Origin: Craspedostauros australis
Lineage: Eukaryota
DNA length: 20,000 bases
Direction: 5' to 3'
Assembly: GCA_030167865.1 (NCBI GenBank)
Contig: JALAGF010003814.1
Location: forward strand, 53,804-73,803
Below the pieces are notes generated by a model, which saw only the letters and a program-made list of their open reading frames with translations, was not told the origin of the DNA and did no database searches. Made by a program: the position numbers and the translations under genes. How positions within the stretch are numbered: the first letter of the stretch is position 1; each line of letters begins with the position of its first letter. Shown in pieces: positions 1 to 9,940 of this stretch.

Positions 1-359
1 ACCTTCACGATTTGGCAGTATGGCAGGTCGCACCGTGCTTGTCCTTGTACGTATTGTACTGTACTGTACGAGCGGTTGTACGATCGTTGTTCCAGTGTGG
101 CGCGTGTCGGGTGGATGTGCGCGTAGCTCCTCTACAGCCCAAGGTTGCTCTGCCCTACTATACTTCGATCCAGCGTGGTGCGGCGCAGTTGAGGTTCAGG
201 CAAAGCCAAGATCAAACACAAGGCGCAGTCGTTCGGCAATTGCCACTGGTTCGTCGTCGCAGAGGGAGATGTTGTGCGTATTGTGTGTCCGTTGAGAATG
301 CGGGAGACTCCAGAATGGTTCCTCTCCGTTTCAGCGTTTGTGTGTTGTGAAGTCTTCCA

Positions 360-426
360 GACGACGATGATGATGATGATGATGAGGATGATGATGAGGA
401 TGATGTTGTTCCTGGACGACGACGAT
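360..426. repeat. Imperfect (GAT/GAC/GAG)n microsatellite
   Basis: gacgacgatgatgatgatgatgatgaggatgatgatgaggatgat ... gacgacgacgat. Confidence 0.9.
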
Positions 427-440
427 GTTCCTGATTAGTT

Positions 441-480
441 GATGTGCTTCGATGTGCTTGGATGTGCTTCGATGTGGTTG
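441..480. repeat. 10-bp tandem repeat GATGTGCTTS, about 4 copies
   Basis: gatgtgcttc gatgtgcttg gatgtgcttc gatgtggttg. Confidence 0.9.
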
Positions 481-2534
481 TGATCAGGATAGAGGGGGAT
501 CGTGCATGTGGTTGTGATCCTGTCGTTTCGATTCGTCGAGCGCCGATTCTTCGCTGATCTTGTCGTGTTGGAGGTGGTTGACGTTTGTTGCGGGCGCAGG
601 ACGAGCACGAGTGGCGTGTTTCTTGTTGGGACGCCTTCCTTCGTGTGTCGCTTTCCCAGATGTCTCCGCGTTGGCGTTCGTTTTTCGGGTTCTGTCACTC
701 TTCTTGTTTGCCGCCTGTTCTTCTTTCTTGTTTGCCTTCCTTCTTGGTTGGCTGCTCTCTTGCCTTCTTCCCTTCTTGCCTTGGTTTGTGCACAGCTTTC
801 CCACGTTGGTTTCTTGCTGTTTCTTTTCTTGCCACACATCAGCGCTCGCTATCGTTCCGCGTGTTTTCCCTTCTTGCAGTCCGTGTGCGTGCTTTTTTCG
901 TGATGGCATGTGTTCGTGCTGTTGTTCCGCACTTTGGCACAGAGTATTGGCATTCAAGTACGCGTAGTATTGCTACCAGGGCGTACATTCGTCGGGCAGT
1001 TGCGTGCCAAACTCGCGCATTCACACTTATCGCTCTGCAGTGTTGCTGCTTTCCCTGGTTACGATGGCGTCACTATTGTGCCCTCCTGTAAATTCCTACT
1101 GCAGCCTATCATATCGCACGGCTCAGCACGCACCACACGAAAGCGCGGGAAAATGGTTGCAATGAAATTTCCACCGTGCTTCTTGTGGCTCCACAACGAT
1201 GGATACAAAAGACCGCACTATGCCCAATGAATCGGCTAAATCACTCTCATTCAACGCGGGACATCCTATGTACCAATTTTTTGAAAACTGGCCATAAGTA
1301 TTTAGTAATGTATTCATGTACTAATACAATGTATATGTTCATCTGACATTGAAATCGCAAAAGTGCCAAGCTCCGGCAGACAAGTGACACCTGACGGCTT
1401 GTCGGAAGCAGATCGAACAGGCCCATCAGCACAAACAGATGAGATGTCCATCGCCACTTTTTCCTTCGCTTTTGCGTTGAGTGGCCTCTCTGCTATCCTT
1501 CGCCGTCTCCCTCGCGCTTTCAGTACGCGCAGCGAGAACGAAGAATCTTGCCAACTTCGATGTGCCTTGATGCTGGAGGGAGGTGCGCGCACTTGCTCCA
1601 TCTGCTTCCGACACCATCTCATGAACTTGATCCACATCCTCGCGCTCCCACGATTGCTCTCTGGGGTGCTGCCGACTTTCATGAGGTACGTACATGGTTG
1701 TATGCAAGGAACAGTTGGCGAAGTCTTCATTGGCATCACAGAACGGCATTGTGGATCGACCCTCGCTCAAGGCGTGCCAACCTCTGGCACAGCGACGACG
1801 ATCATCACGGTCGACATCGTGGTCAATGATACTCGACTCTCCGACACGGTACTCCACGCGGTGAACTCCGTCACAATGACCATTCGCACTTCATTGGCTC
1901 GTCTGTCATGACAGGAGCGCGATACTCGCAGCATTCCGTCGTCATCAACCGCTTTCACTCACTCGCCCACCCGCTCACCCAAGGCTCACTCACTCTGTGT
2001 CTCTGTGTTGGCAGTCCGATGGACGTTGACAAACACCTTTTCGTGAAGCATTCAGAGGGTTGGAAAGCCTCTCTCTCTTTTGTGTGCATGGCCTCGATGA
2101 CCTTCGTCTGTTCTCCATCATGTGACGTACGTAAGTGAACTTTCCCACACAAGGCATCATTCTGCGTCTCAGAAACAGCGCACATCGCCCATGGGGCTCC
2201 ATCAATCGTGCAAAGCGACAATGGCCCTCGCAACCGCGGTTATCATCGGTCGTACCTCCACGGCATCGTGATGTTACGGTTTCATGCGGTCTATGCTATT
2301 GCTCACTCTGCAACGGCAGCGGAATGGTGCTTTCGGAGGCCGTGGACTGCAGTGGCGATGCTGTATCTTGCCTTGTGTGCTCACTGCCCCCTGACCATTG
2401 CCCATGGCTCTCCACCACCAGACTCATGCCGACAACAGTGAATGTATGACATCGTATCGTGTTCCTTCTATTGCTGCTCGATGGAAATGCAATGACTGAC
2501 TACACTTGCTTACGCGGCCGAATTCTCTATCGCC

Positions 2535-5486
2535 CTATTGCAGCATGGGTCGGAACACGAAGAAGGGATGATCCACGACGCGCATCTTGCCATTCACAGC
2601 CCCAACGGTCATGCTGTCGTCGCCGTGATCATCCCGATCCTGGTTTGCTTCGCGCCTGTCCGCATCTGCATTCGCATCCACATCGACAGCCATGCCATCA
2701 TCATAATCGCTGTCGCCATCGTCGTCCTTGCTCTTCTTCCCCTTCTGGCTTGCTTGTGGTTCGGTTTCCGTGATGACCGCTGGTGTTTTCCGCATGCTTT
2801 CACCTTCCCTCACGATTTCAATGTCTTGCGCCAGATACTCGTGCAAAGGAAATTGCTTCAAATACAACGGGATCCTGTCCACGTCCTTGTCGTTAGATCC
2901 GTGCGATCCATTCTGCCGGCCATTCGATCCGCCGTCGCCCACGCCGCCTTCCCCGTCACCCATTGTGGTGGATGCCACAACTGCCTCATGCAGCTTCTTG
3001 GAGAGGATCTTTTCATCGAGATCACCAGCCTCCAACTCCTCCATCGTGGATTGGTAGAAGGCCTGCGACACGGACGATGTGCGGCGGCGTTTCGAAGGCG
3101 ATGCATCGTCGTCACCATCGTCTTTGGATCGACCTCTGCGACCACGAGCGGGCGACCGCTTGTCTCGGCCATCATTGCCATCATCGATGCGCCTCTGCCT
3201 CATCTCCGCCAGCAACCCGAACAGAGCGCGGCTGACATCTGGAATATACTTCGTGAGCTTGCTCTTGCGATCGCGCTGATCGCGCAGCGCATTGCGCTTG
3301 ATCAGCACCGTGCGCAGCTGCTGACAGCACATCTGCAGCACGCGCTTGACGGACGTGGATATCTCCGTGATGTCGTCGCCGATGTACTCCTTGCCCGTGC
3401 CCTTGTATGGAATCTTGGTCGACACGATGCTGACGAAGACACCGATCTTGTCACGCTTGGGATCGATCTTGTAGTTGGCCCACTTGAGCTTGGTCATGGC
3501 GACGCGCGTGGATACGTCCGCCGCGCCTTCGAAGAGCAGTGGGATGCGGTTGGCGAAGCGCAAGACCGTGATGCCCTCCTTGACGATGGCCGTTGCGTTT
3601 GTGTGCGCGCCGGTGTTGGAGGACGTGTTGCCGCTGCCGCCCAGCGACACGGCGGCCTCCACGAGGAAGGAATGGCCGTCGTAGGCTCCCGGCTTGTCAC
3701 GTGACGTGGCGACGTAGTCCGGATTCAGCACCTTGCGGATGCCGAGGTTGAGGTTGTACTCGCCGAGCGGGCTGAGGCAGTTGCCGTCGGGCGCCTTGAC
3801 GTTCGTGCGACGCAGCACCTGAACGAGCTTGGTGATGTCCAGGTCCGACAGGGAGGATATGGTCTTCGTGTTGACCCAGCTGCAATCCTTGATCATTCTG
3901 GTTGCGATGGCCGGGGAGATGCTGGAGAGTTCGGAGGTGAGGAACTTGTGCAGGGTCATTTTGGCATCCACGCGTTCCATGAGCTGCTGGATGACGAGGT
4001 TGTTGACGCTGGTGGGGTGATGCTTGACCTGTCTGGCAGGCTCCGGCATCTGCTCGCTGCGGCGGTCGTAGCGGATTTGGAAGTTGAGATGATCGCTCTG
4101 GCTGTGGGAGTACTGGAATTCCAGCTGCGCGTACGGTGTGATGATGGCCAGCTGCTGGAAGTACTTGACGATGCGTGCTTTGCTGTTTGTTCATTTGTCG
4201 TCGTCGTTGTTATTGTTGTTGTGGTGGTGGTGCGTGAGTTGAAGAATGACAATGTTGGCGATCGTTGGGATGAGTGAAGTTGTGAGATGCTATGCCATTT
4301 TTTAGCAATAGTTGAAATACTTGCACACACAGAAGTGGACATCGAATAGAATAGCACTGCGCCAATGTTGATGCCCCAACGCATGCAGAGCAATAATCAC
4401 AGCATTCATACTCGCATTCGTACTCGCACTCATGCTCTCGTCTACTCACTATGTGGTCCAATTGCCTTCGATACAAAGCTCCAGCTCCGTCCCGATCCAC
4501 CGTTCCTCATCGTTCTTCTCCTTGACATGCTTGTGCAGCCTCGGACAGTTCTTGGAAATGTCGATATCCAACACGCACGTCGACTTGTACTTGGGAATCG
4601 TCTCATCGTCCGCCAGCATGTGCTTGCGCGATTTGGCACGATGTGCCGTGACGACGCGGATCGGCATGTTGGTCGATTTCTGACTCCAAATCAAGGCCAT
4701 CTTGGCACCGAGTCCGAACTTGCCGCGCGTTTGACGCACGCCGTACTTGCTGCCACTCAACACGCGGCCCAGCAGGTCCGGAATGGCGTCGTGGTCCATG
4801 CCGCAGCCGTTGTCACGGACCTGGATGATGAAGTAGCTGCTTTGGGATCGTTTGGATGCTTGCTTCTTGCTCGGCGTCGATCCTTTGGCCGATGATTTGG
4901 TGGTTTTGCCGGCAGCAGCGGCGCCTTTGGATTTTGGCGTTTCCGGCGGTGGATCAGCAGATGGCTCCGAAGCGATGGCATCTTTGTCACCATCTATGGC
5001 CGTCTCCCGTTGCTGCAGAGATGGTGGCAGTGCAGAGTCCAGTGCAAGTTCTTCGTTGTTCTGGTTCATGTCGTCGTCAATGTCACCATTGTTAATCCCC
5101 ACAACGTGAGCAATGGCGTCAGTATCAGCAACCGCAGGAACATGATCAGCAGAGATCTGCTTGGGCTTCTTGCTGTTGGCCTCCTCTTCGTACCTGGCGG
5201 CAAATTCTATCCCCTGCTTGCGATTGAACTCGTCCGTCGTGATTTCTTGGATGTTGACGGAGATGGACGGCAGCTGACCGATGGATTCGCACGCGTCGAG
5301 CGAGTTCTCCACCAGTTCGCGGATGCTGGTGTACAGCGACTTGCCCTTGTTGTCGAATCCAGCGATGGCCTGATGCTCCGCGAAGAACTGGGCCGGCGAC
5401 TTCTGCTGCTGGATCTCCGCGTTGTTGCCTTTCTTGGTCTTCTTCCGTTTGGGCGTCGATGCGCCGGAGGACGACTTGCGGGGCAT
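2535..5486 (-). CDS. TOP6B: DNA topoisomerase VI subunit B (eukaryotic/plant-type), 2 exons: 5486-4450 and 4182-2535, 894 aa
   Basis: GHKL ATPase motifs RELVENSLDA, DNGCGM, QTRGKFGLGAK and GTE; N-terminal KSPAQFFAEHQAIAGFDN. Splicing restores IEGNWTTY|KARIVKYFQQLAIITPYAQ. Transducer motifs CLSPLGEYNLNLGI, RFANRIPLLFEGAADV, KWANYKI and STKIPYKGTGKEYIGDD are present. Exons of 1037 + 1648 nt give 2685 nt in frame. Confidence 0.96.
4183..4449 (-). other. Spliceosomal intron of TOP6B (267 nt, phase 2)
   Basis: Donor TA|GTGAGT at 4449, acceptor AAACAG|C at 4183, CTCAC branch-like motif at 4238-4234. Removal joins TA+C (Tyr) and restores the conserved frame. Confidence 0.92.
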
Positions 5487-6229
5487 GTCGTTCGGGGGCT
5501 GTCCTATGGCGATTCAATCAGGTTTCTCCTTGTCTCTGTCTCCGTGCTTGTTGTGATCTTGTTCGCTGACGGACGATCTATGGGTATGAGATTACTATTC
5601 TACAATAATATGGTTCATGTATTCTACTATTCGAACTATGATCGATCACACTTGTGCACACACAGAGAGAATTCATGCGGAATGGTGTTTGTTTGTTTGT
5701 TGGTCGTCTTGTTTGGCGCCAACGATTTCCAGGTTTTCGCCGTTTCATCGCATCTTGGTGTTTTCGGTTGTGGTCGATTGAATCGATTGTAACGGTTCGC
5801 GCCAAAACGGATCTTTCGCTGGACTGATGCAGTCCCTCTCACCAGGCACAACAAGAAAAAGGTATCCTCGGCAAGCAACGAACTGCGTTGGATGGAGACG
5901 ACAAGGACACAAAGCATCGGGTACATGGACATCGCGGATCGTTAGGAGGAATGTGTCGATGATTCACCAATTCATCCATCCGTCTCATGGTGGGCATGTG
6001 GGCAGTTGCGGCGGTGTATCCACCCAAGACGCAGTGGGTGTCAACACGATTGAAAGCAACGCGCCCACTTAGAGCGCAGAGGCTGGTTCGTGAATCGAAG
6101 GGGGCTGCGTTCTCATTATTTCCAATTGTTGTGATTCGTGATGTGGGAACTGTCGCCGCATTTCCGTTCCAGAAGCGAACGCGAGCACGGTGTGTGTGGT
6201 GTGTGGGTGGTTGGGGACAACAGGAACGG

Positions 6230-6264
<35 letters not shown>
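6230..6264. repeat. (CAT)11 microsatellite
   Basis: Perfect CAT run at 6230-6262 plus CA. Confidence 0.95.
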
Positions 6265-6604
6265 GTGGTGGATGCATGGGCTGTGCTGATGTCGTTGATG
6301 TCGTTGATGCCGTTGATGCTCTGCCTTCGGTCAACATGATCCTGGTTGAACACTCGCGCGCGCGAAAGCGCGAAGGATCACACACAAGAGACAGGTCAGG
6401 GCGGAGTATCACAACTCTGCAGAGAAACGTATTGTGAGATCCTCGAAGAGGACACACCCGTCACAACTCATTCATCATGCAAGTTCTGACAACCACAACC
6501 GCACATTTCAGTCTGCGACGAACCACTTCCCACAAAACGCGCACATTGGAGCACCTTTCCCACACAACCTGTTCATCAACATCAAAAGTCCCGAACTCCA
6601 TCAA

Positions 6605-9600
6605 ATGAGCGGCACCATGATGGAACCGATGGCACCGCAAGATGCGCGCAGCAATGACAAGCGCAGCACCACACCGCCACCACCCAGCCGCAAGAAGAAC
6701 AATTTCCGTGATCTGCTCGGGAAATGGGCCTCGCGCGATGTCCCGGACACTGCCAGCAAGCGCAGGAGCAGCAGCATCAGCAAGGGATCTCGGCGTCATG
6801 CCACGCGCGACAATGCGCATCACAACAGCCTCTCGGCGCTGGACTTTCTCTACGACGAAGACGATGGTGGCAAGGAAGGCCTTGACGATCCCAATGTGCA
6901 CAAGGAGAGGAGCAAGACCGTGGCGAAGGATGCCGGCATGAGCTTCAACGGCGAAGGCGCTCTGTCGCCGAAGTCCGTCAAGGAATCGTTGCGACCTCGT
7001 TCGCGGCGGCGGCATAGCACGACGGCGGGGTCCGTGTCGTCACGCAAGTCTGCTCCGTCTTCGCCGACGAGCAAGAATGCAGATTTCACCAGCGCCTCCA
7101 TGGTCGACATCCTCGTGAGCCCAAGGGCGGCACGCATGTCCGACAAGTCGGCGGCCGTGCATCCCATGAAGTGGCGCAAGACGTCGCTGCAGGCCACGAC
7201 GAATGCCATCCATGTCTTGCACAAGTCATCGTCCCACAAGGAGGATGATGCCCAAGCACGAGATCGCTCCAAGCATCCGCGCAGGAACCGCAGCCTGCAA
7301 TCGACCACGTCGTTGCCGCATGAGACGGCCGTGGATCGGCTCAACATGTACGCAAGCCCCACCATGATCAAGAGGAAGATGCGCATCAAGGAGCAACGCA
7401 AGAAGGAACGCACGAAGACCAGCGACGATGCAGCCGCAGCCGCGGCCGCAACCCAGGATGCATCCAGCGAAGATGCCAAGCGCAAAGTCAGCGCGTCCGC
7501 CATCCTCCATAGTCTGGCAGCCGAGGAAGAGTATCTCCATCCCGACCAACACCCGGGGAGCACCAGTGAGACCACCAGCAGCTCGCATCGATTCGTCGGT
7601 TTCATCATTTCCCACAGTCCGCCGGATGCCAAACACAAGCAGCATGCAGCGAAGAAACGGACCAGCGTCACAAGCAAAAACGACGGCAGTGCCAACAGTC
7701 CACCCTCCCAACAGCCCACGCGTTCGCCCAAACCCGCCGCGTCCTCCTCGCCAGGCGGAGACGCAGACCGCAAGAACAGAGAGAAAGACGCCAACAGCGA
7801 CGGATCCAAGTACGGTGATCTTCCACCACCCCCCAAGGTGTATCGCTCCGACTTGCAGGGCGCAGATGCCGAATCTGCCGACGCTGTCGCTGCAAAATCT
7901 GAGGATGTTGCTATTCCTGCCGGTACTTCTGGGGCTCATAGCACTACCGATGATGGCGCTGCTGCCGCCAACAAGGACAGCACCGCCGCTGCTCACGCCG
8001 CCGCTGACAGCACCAAAAAGAAGCGCACCGACAAGGCCCAGGCTTCCACCAAGACGGACAAATCGTCAAAGCGACGATCGTCGACGCCAAAGGGCGCAGC
8101 AACACCCAATCCAAAGCGGGATATCATCCTGCCGGCCCTTGACGACTCGCCGCTCCCCAGGACCAAGAAATCGAGTGATCAGATTGTGGACCGGACGCCA
8201 TCACCGGAACGCACACGACGCAAGAAGAGCAAGAAGTCGCAGCGACGCAGCAGAAGCGCCGGGGCCAACAAAAAGGCAAGCAGGAGGAACAGCAGCGGCG
8301 GTCGATCGCCAAAGCGAAAACCGACAGTGCGTTCTGGCACGCCTCCGCTCACGCGCACTCCACCGCGAAATGAGGGTGGTGCCCACGATGTCCCCACAGC
8401 AAGTCCGAAGGAGAGATTGCCTATCGCATCGTCATCCGCACGAAGCAACGTCAATACAGCACCACTGGCTTCCCAGGAAAGCGACACTGCCAAGATGAGT
8501 GCAACCATTAAGCCGTCGTTCCATGGAGACGATGCACCTCCGCAATCAGTACAAGAGAAGGCGGAGGACGTTTCCTACAAGCGGCCGCAGGCTGACGTGC
8601 CAAAGACACGATCCCCACGACGCAACATTTTGAATCAATGCAGCATCTTCGAACGTCAAATCAAGGCGAACGAAGACAGCGCTGCATCGCGCAAGATCAG
8701 ATCGCCAGCTAAGGCCGGCACGAATTACGGCAAGGCAGGCGACGAACGCAAGAACAAACCCGATGACGAAACCAGCGACGAGCTGAAGTTCCCCAAGCGG
8801 AGGTTCACCACTGGCCGCCGTAGCAGGCAGCTCGATCATTTCACTCCCACCAAGACCAAGAAGTCATCGGTTCGGGCTCGTGGCAACGGCGGTCAACACG
8901 GCGATGGCAATGACGTCGGTGGCAACCTGATGGATCTCATGCAACTGAATCCGCCGCCTCTGTCTTCGTCGTCCAATTCCGCCTTGGCTACTGCGACCGA
9001 GCCCCATCCGTCCACGCGACAGGGGCAGAAGCAACGTGAAACGGGTGTCGATGGCGTGCAGGATTCGCAACTGCACGACGACGCACACACGAACCAGCCC
9101 GCACAAACGAAAACGATGACGGCGCAGAAAACCAAGAAGCGCCGCAGCAGGGCCAGGCCCAAGAAGGACCCGGATGCACCGATCGCGAAATCCTGCAGTA
9201 TCAAGCATTCGTGGCAACAGCTCCAAGACCAGCGACCGCGAAATCAGAGCCAACCAGATCCGCCCAGCAGCACCGCTGCAGACACTGGCAATGCCGACGA
9301 CGAGGATGGCATCGGCGACAACGCCGGCAATCACGTCGAGCAGGACGGTGTGGATACTGGTGCTGCCATCGACATGGATGCTGGCAACAGCAACAGCAAT
9401 AGCAACAGCAGCAGCAGCGACAGCAGCAGCAGCAACACACAGAACGGCAGCAGCAGCATCCCAGACGAGACTATCGAGAACAAGGACGATCAAGATGTCA
9501 AGGAGAGCGACGCGAAGGACGACGTCGAGGTGATGCCAATGTCGTCAAAGACCACTCGGATCGACCGCGATCGCTTGGTTCTCAACGAGATCAACAAGAT

Positions 9601-9940
9601 GATCCTCGACGTGGAGGAGAAGGAGCTGGAGGACATCATGGACGACGAGGTGGCCGATTGCTTCCGCGAGGCAGCGGTGAAATCATCGGCATACACCCTG
9701 CGCTGGTACGACGCCTTCACCGATTCCTTCCTGCATTGCCCCAGCCTCGCGGCCACCATCCTGGACTTCACGCTGATCGAGAAGGCCGAGGAGATCTACG
9801 GGGAGGAACTGCCATTGCTGTACACGGTGTCGTTGAGATCGGTGGCATCCTACGCGGCGCAGGATGAGATGCCGATCCCGGAGTACATCTACCGGCTGGC
9901 CGAGAAATCCACGGAGAGCGAAGAGGCGGCAGCGCACTGA
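6605..9940 (+). CDS. Hypothetical 1111-aa protein, largely disordered (S/K/R/A/D/T-rich) with an acidic, likely helical C-terminal domain of about 125 aa
   Basis: 3.5-kb stop-free frame; first ATG at 6605 (the ORF-track start at 6434 is GTG). C/G-ending codon bias resembles TOP6B and is strongest in the last 400 nt. No family recognised. Confidence 0.8.
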   Translation: MSGTMMEPMAPQDARSNDKRSTTPPPPSRKKNNFRDLLGKWASRDVPDTASKRRSSSISKGSRRHATRDNAHHNSLSALDFLYDEDDGGKEGLDDPNVHKERSKTVAKDAGMSFNGEGALSPKSVKESLRPRSRRRHSTTAGSVSSRKSAPSSPTSKNADFTSASMVDILVSPRAARMSDKSAAVHPMKWRKTSLQATTNAIHVLHKSSSHKEDDAQARDRSKHPRRNRSLQSTTSLPHETAVDRLNMYASPTMIKRKMRIKEQRKKERTKTSDDAAAAAAATQDASSEDAKRKVSASAILHSLAAEEEYLHPDQHPGSTSETTSSSHRFVGFIISHSPPDAKHKQHAAKKRTSVTSKNDGSANSPPSQQPTRSPKPAASSSPGGDADRKNREKDANSDGSKYGDLPPPPKVYRSDLQGADAESADAVAAKSEDVAIPAGTSGAHSTTDDGAAAANKDSTAAAHAAADSTKKKRTDKAQASTKTDKSSKRRSSTPKGAATPNPKRDIILPALDDSPLPRTKKSSDQIVDRTPSPERTRRKKSKKSQRRSRSAGANKKASRRNSSGGRSPKRKPTVRSGTPPLTRTPPRNEGGAHDVPTASPKERLPIASSSARSNVNTAPLASQESDTAKMSATIKPSFHGDDAPPQSVQEKAEDVSYKRPQADVPKTRSPRRNILNQCSIFERQIKANEDSAASRKIRSPAKAGTNYGKAGDERKNKPDDETSDELKFPKRRFTTGRRSRQLDHFTPTKTKKSSVRARGNGGQHGDGNDVGGNLMDLMQLNPPPLSSSSNSALATATEPHPSTRQGQKQRETGVDGVQDSQLHDDAHTNQPAQTKTMTAQKTKKRRSRARPKKDPDAPIAKSCSIKHSWQQLQDQRPRNQSQPDPPSSTAADTGNADDEDGIGDNAGNHVEQDGVDTGAAIDMDAGNSNSNSNSSSSDSSSSNTQNGSSSIPDETIENKDDQDVKESDAKDDVEVMPMSSKTTRIDRDRLVLNEINKMILDVEEKELEDIMDDEVADCFREAAVKSSAYTLRWYDAFTDSFLHCPSLAATILDFTLIEKAEEIYGEELPLLYTVSLRSVASYAAQDEMPIPEYIYRLAEKSTESEEAAAH

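Noticed and set aside
435..1091. Several overlapping 130-170 aa ORFs on both strands
   Set aside because: They arise from strong T/C versus A/G strand skew that suppresses stop codons; no motifs or codon bias.
2538..3704. 388-aa plus-strand ORF (and 4365-4895, 5010-5792)
   Set aside because: Antisense shadows of the GC3-biased TOP6B coding sequence.
6434..6604. N-terminal extension of the orphan ORF from GTG at 6434
   Set aside because: Eukaryotic locus; the first ATG is at 6605 and the upstream part looks like an A/C-rich leader.
6850..8498. Long alternative-frame and antisense ORFs (328, 256 and 356 aa)
   Set aside because: Shadows of the low-complexity main ORF with no independent coding signal.
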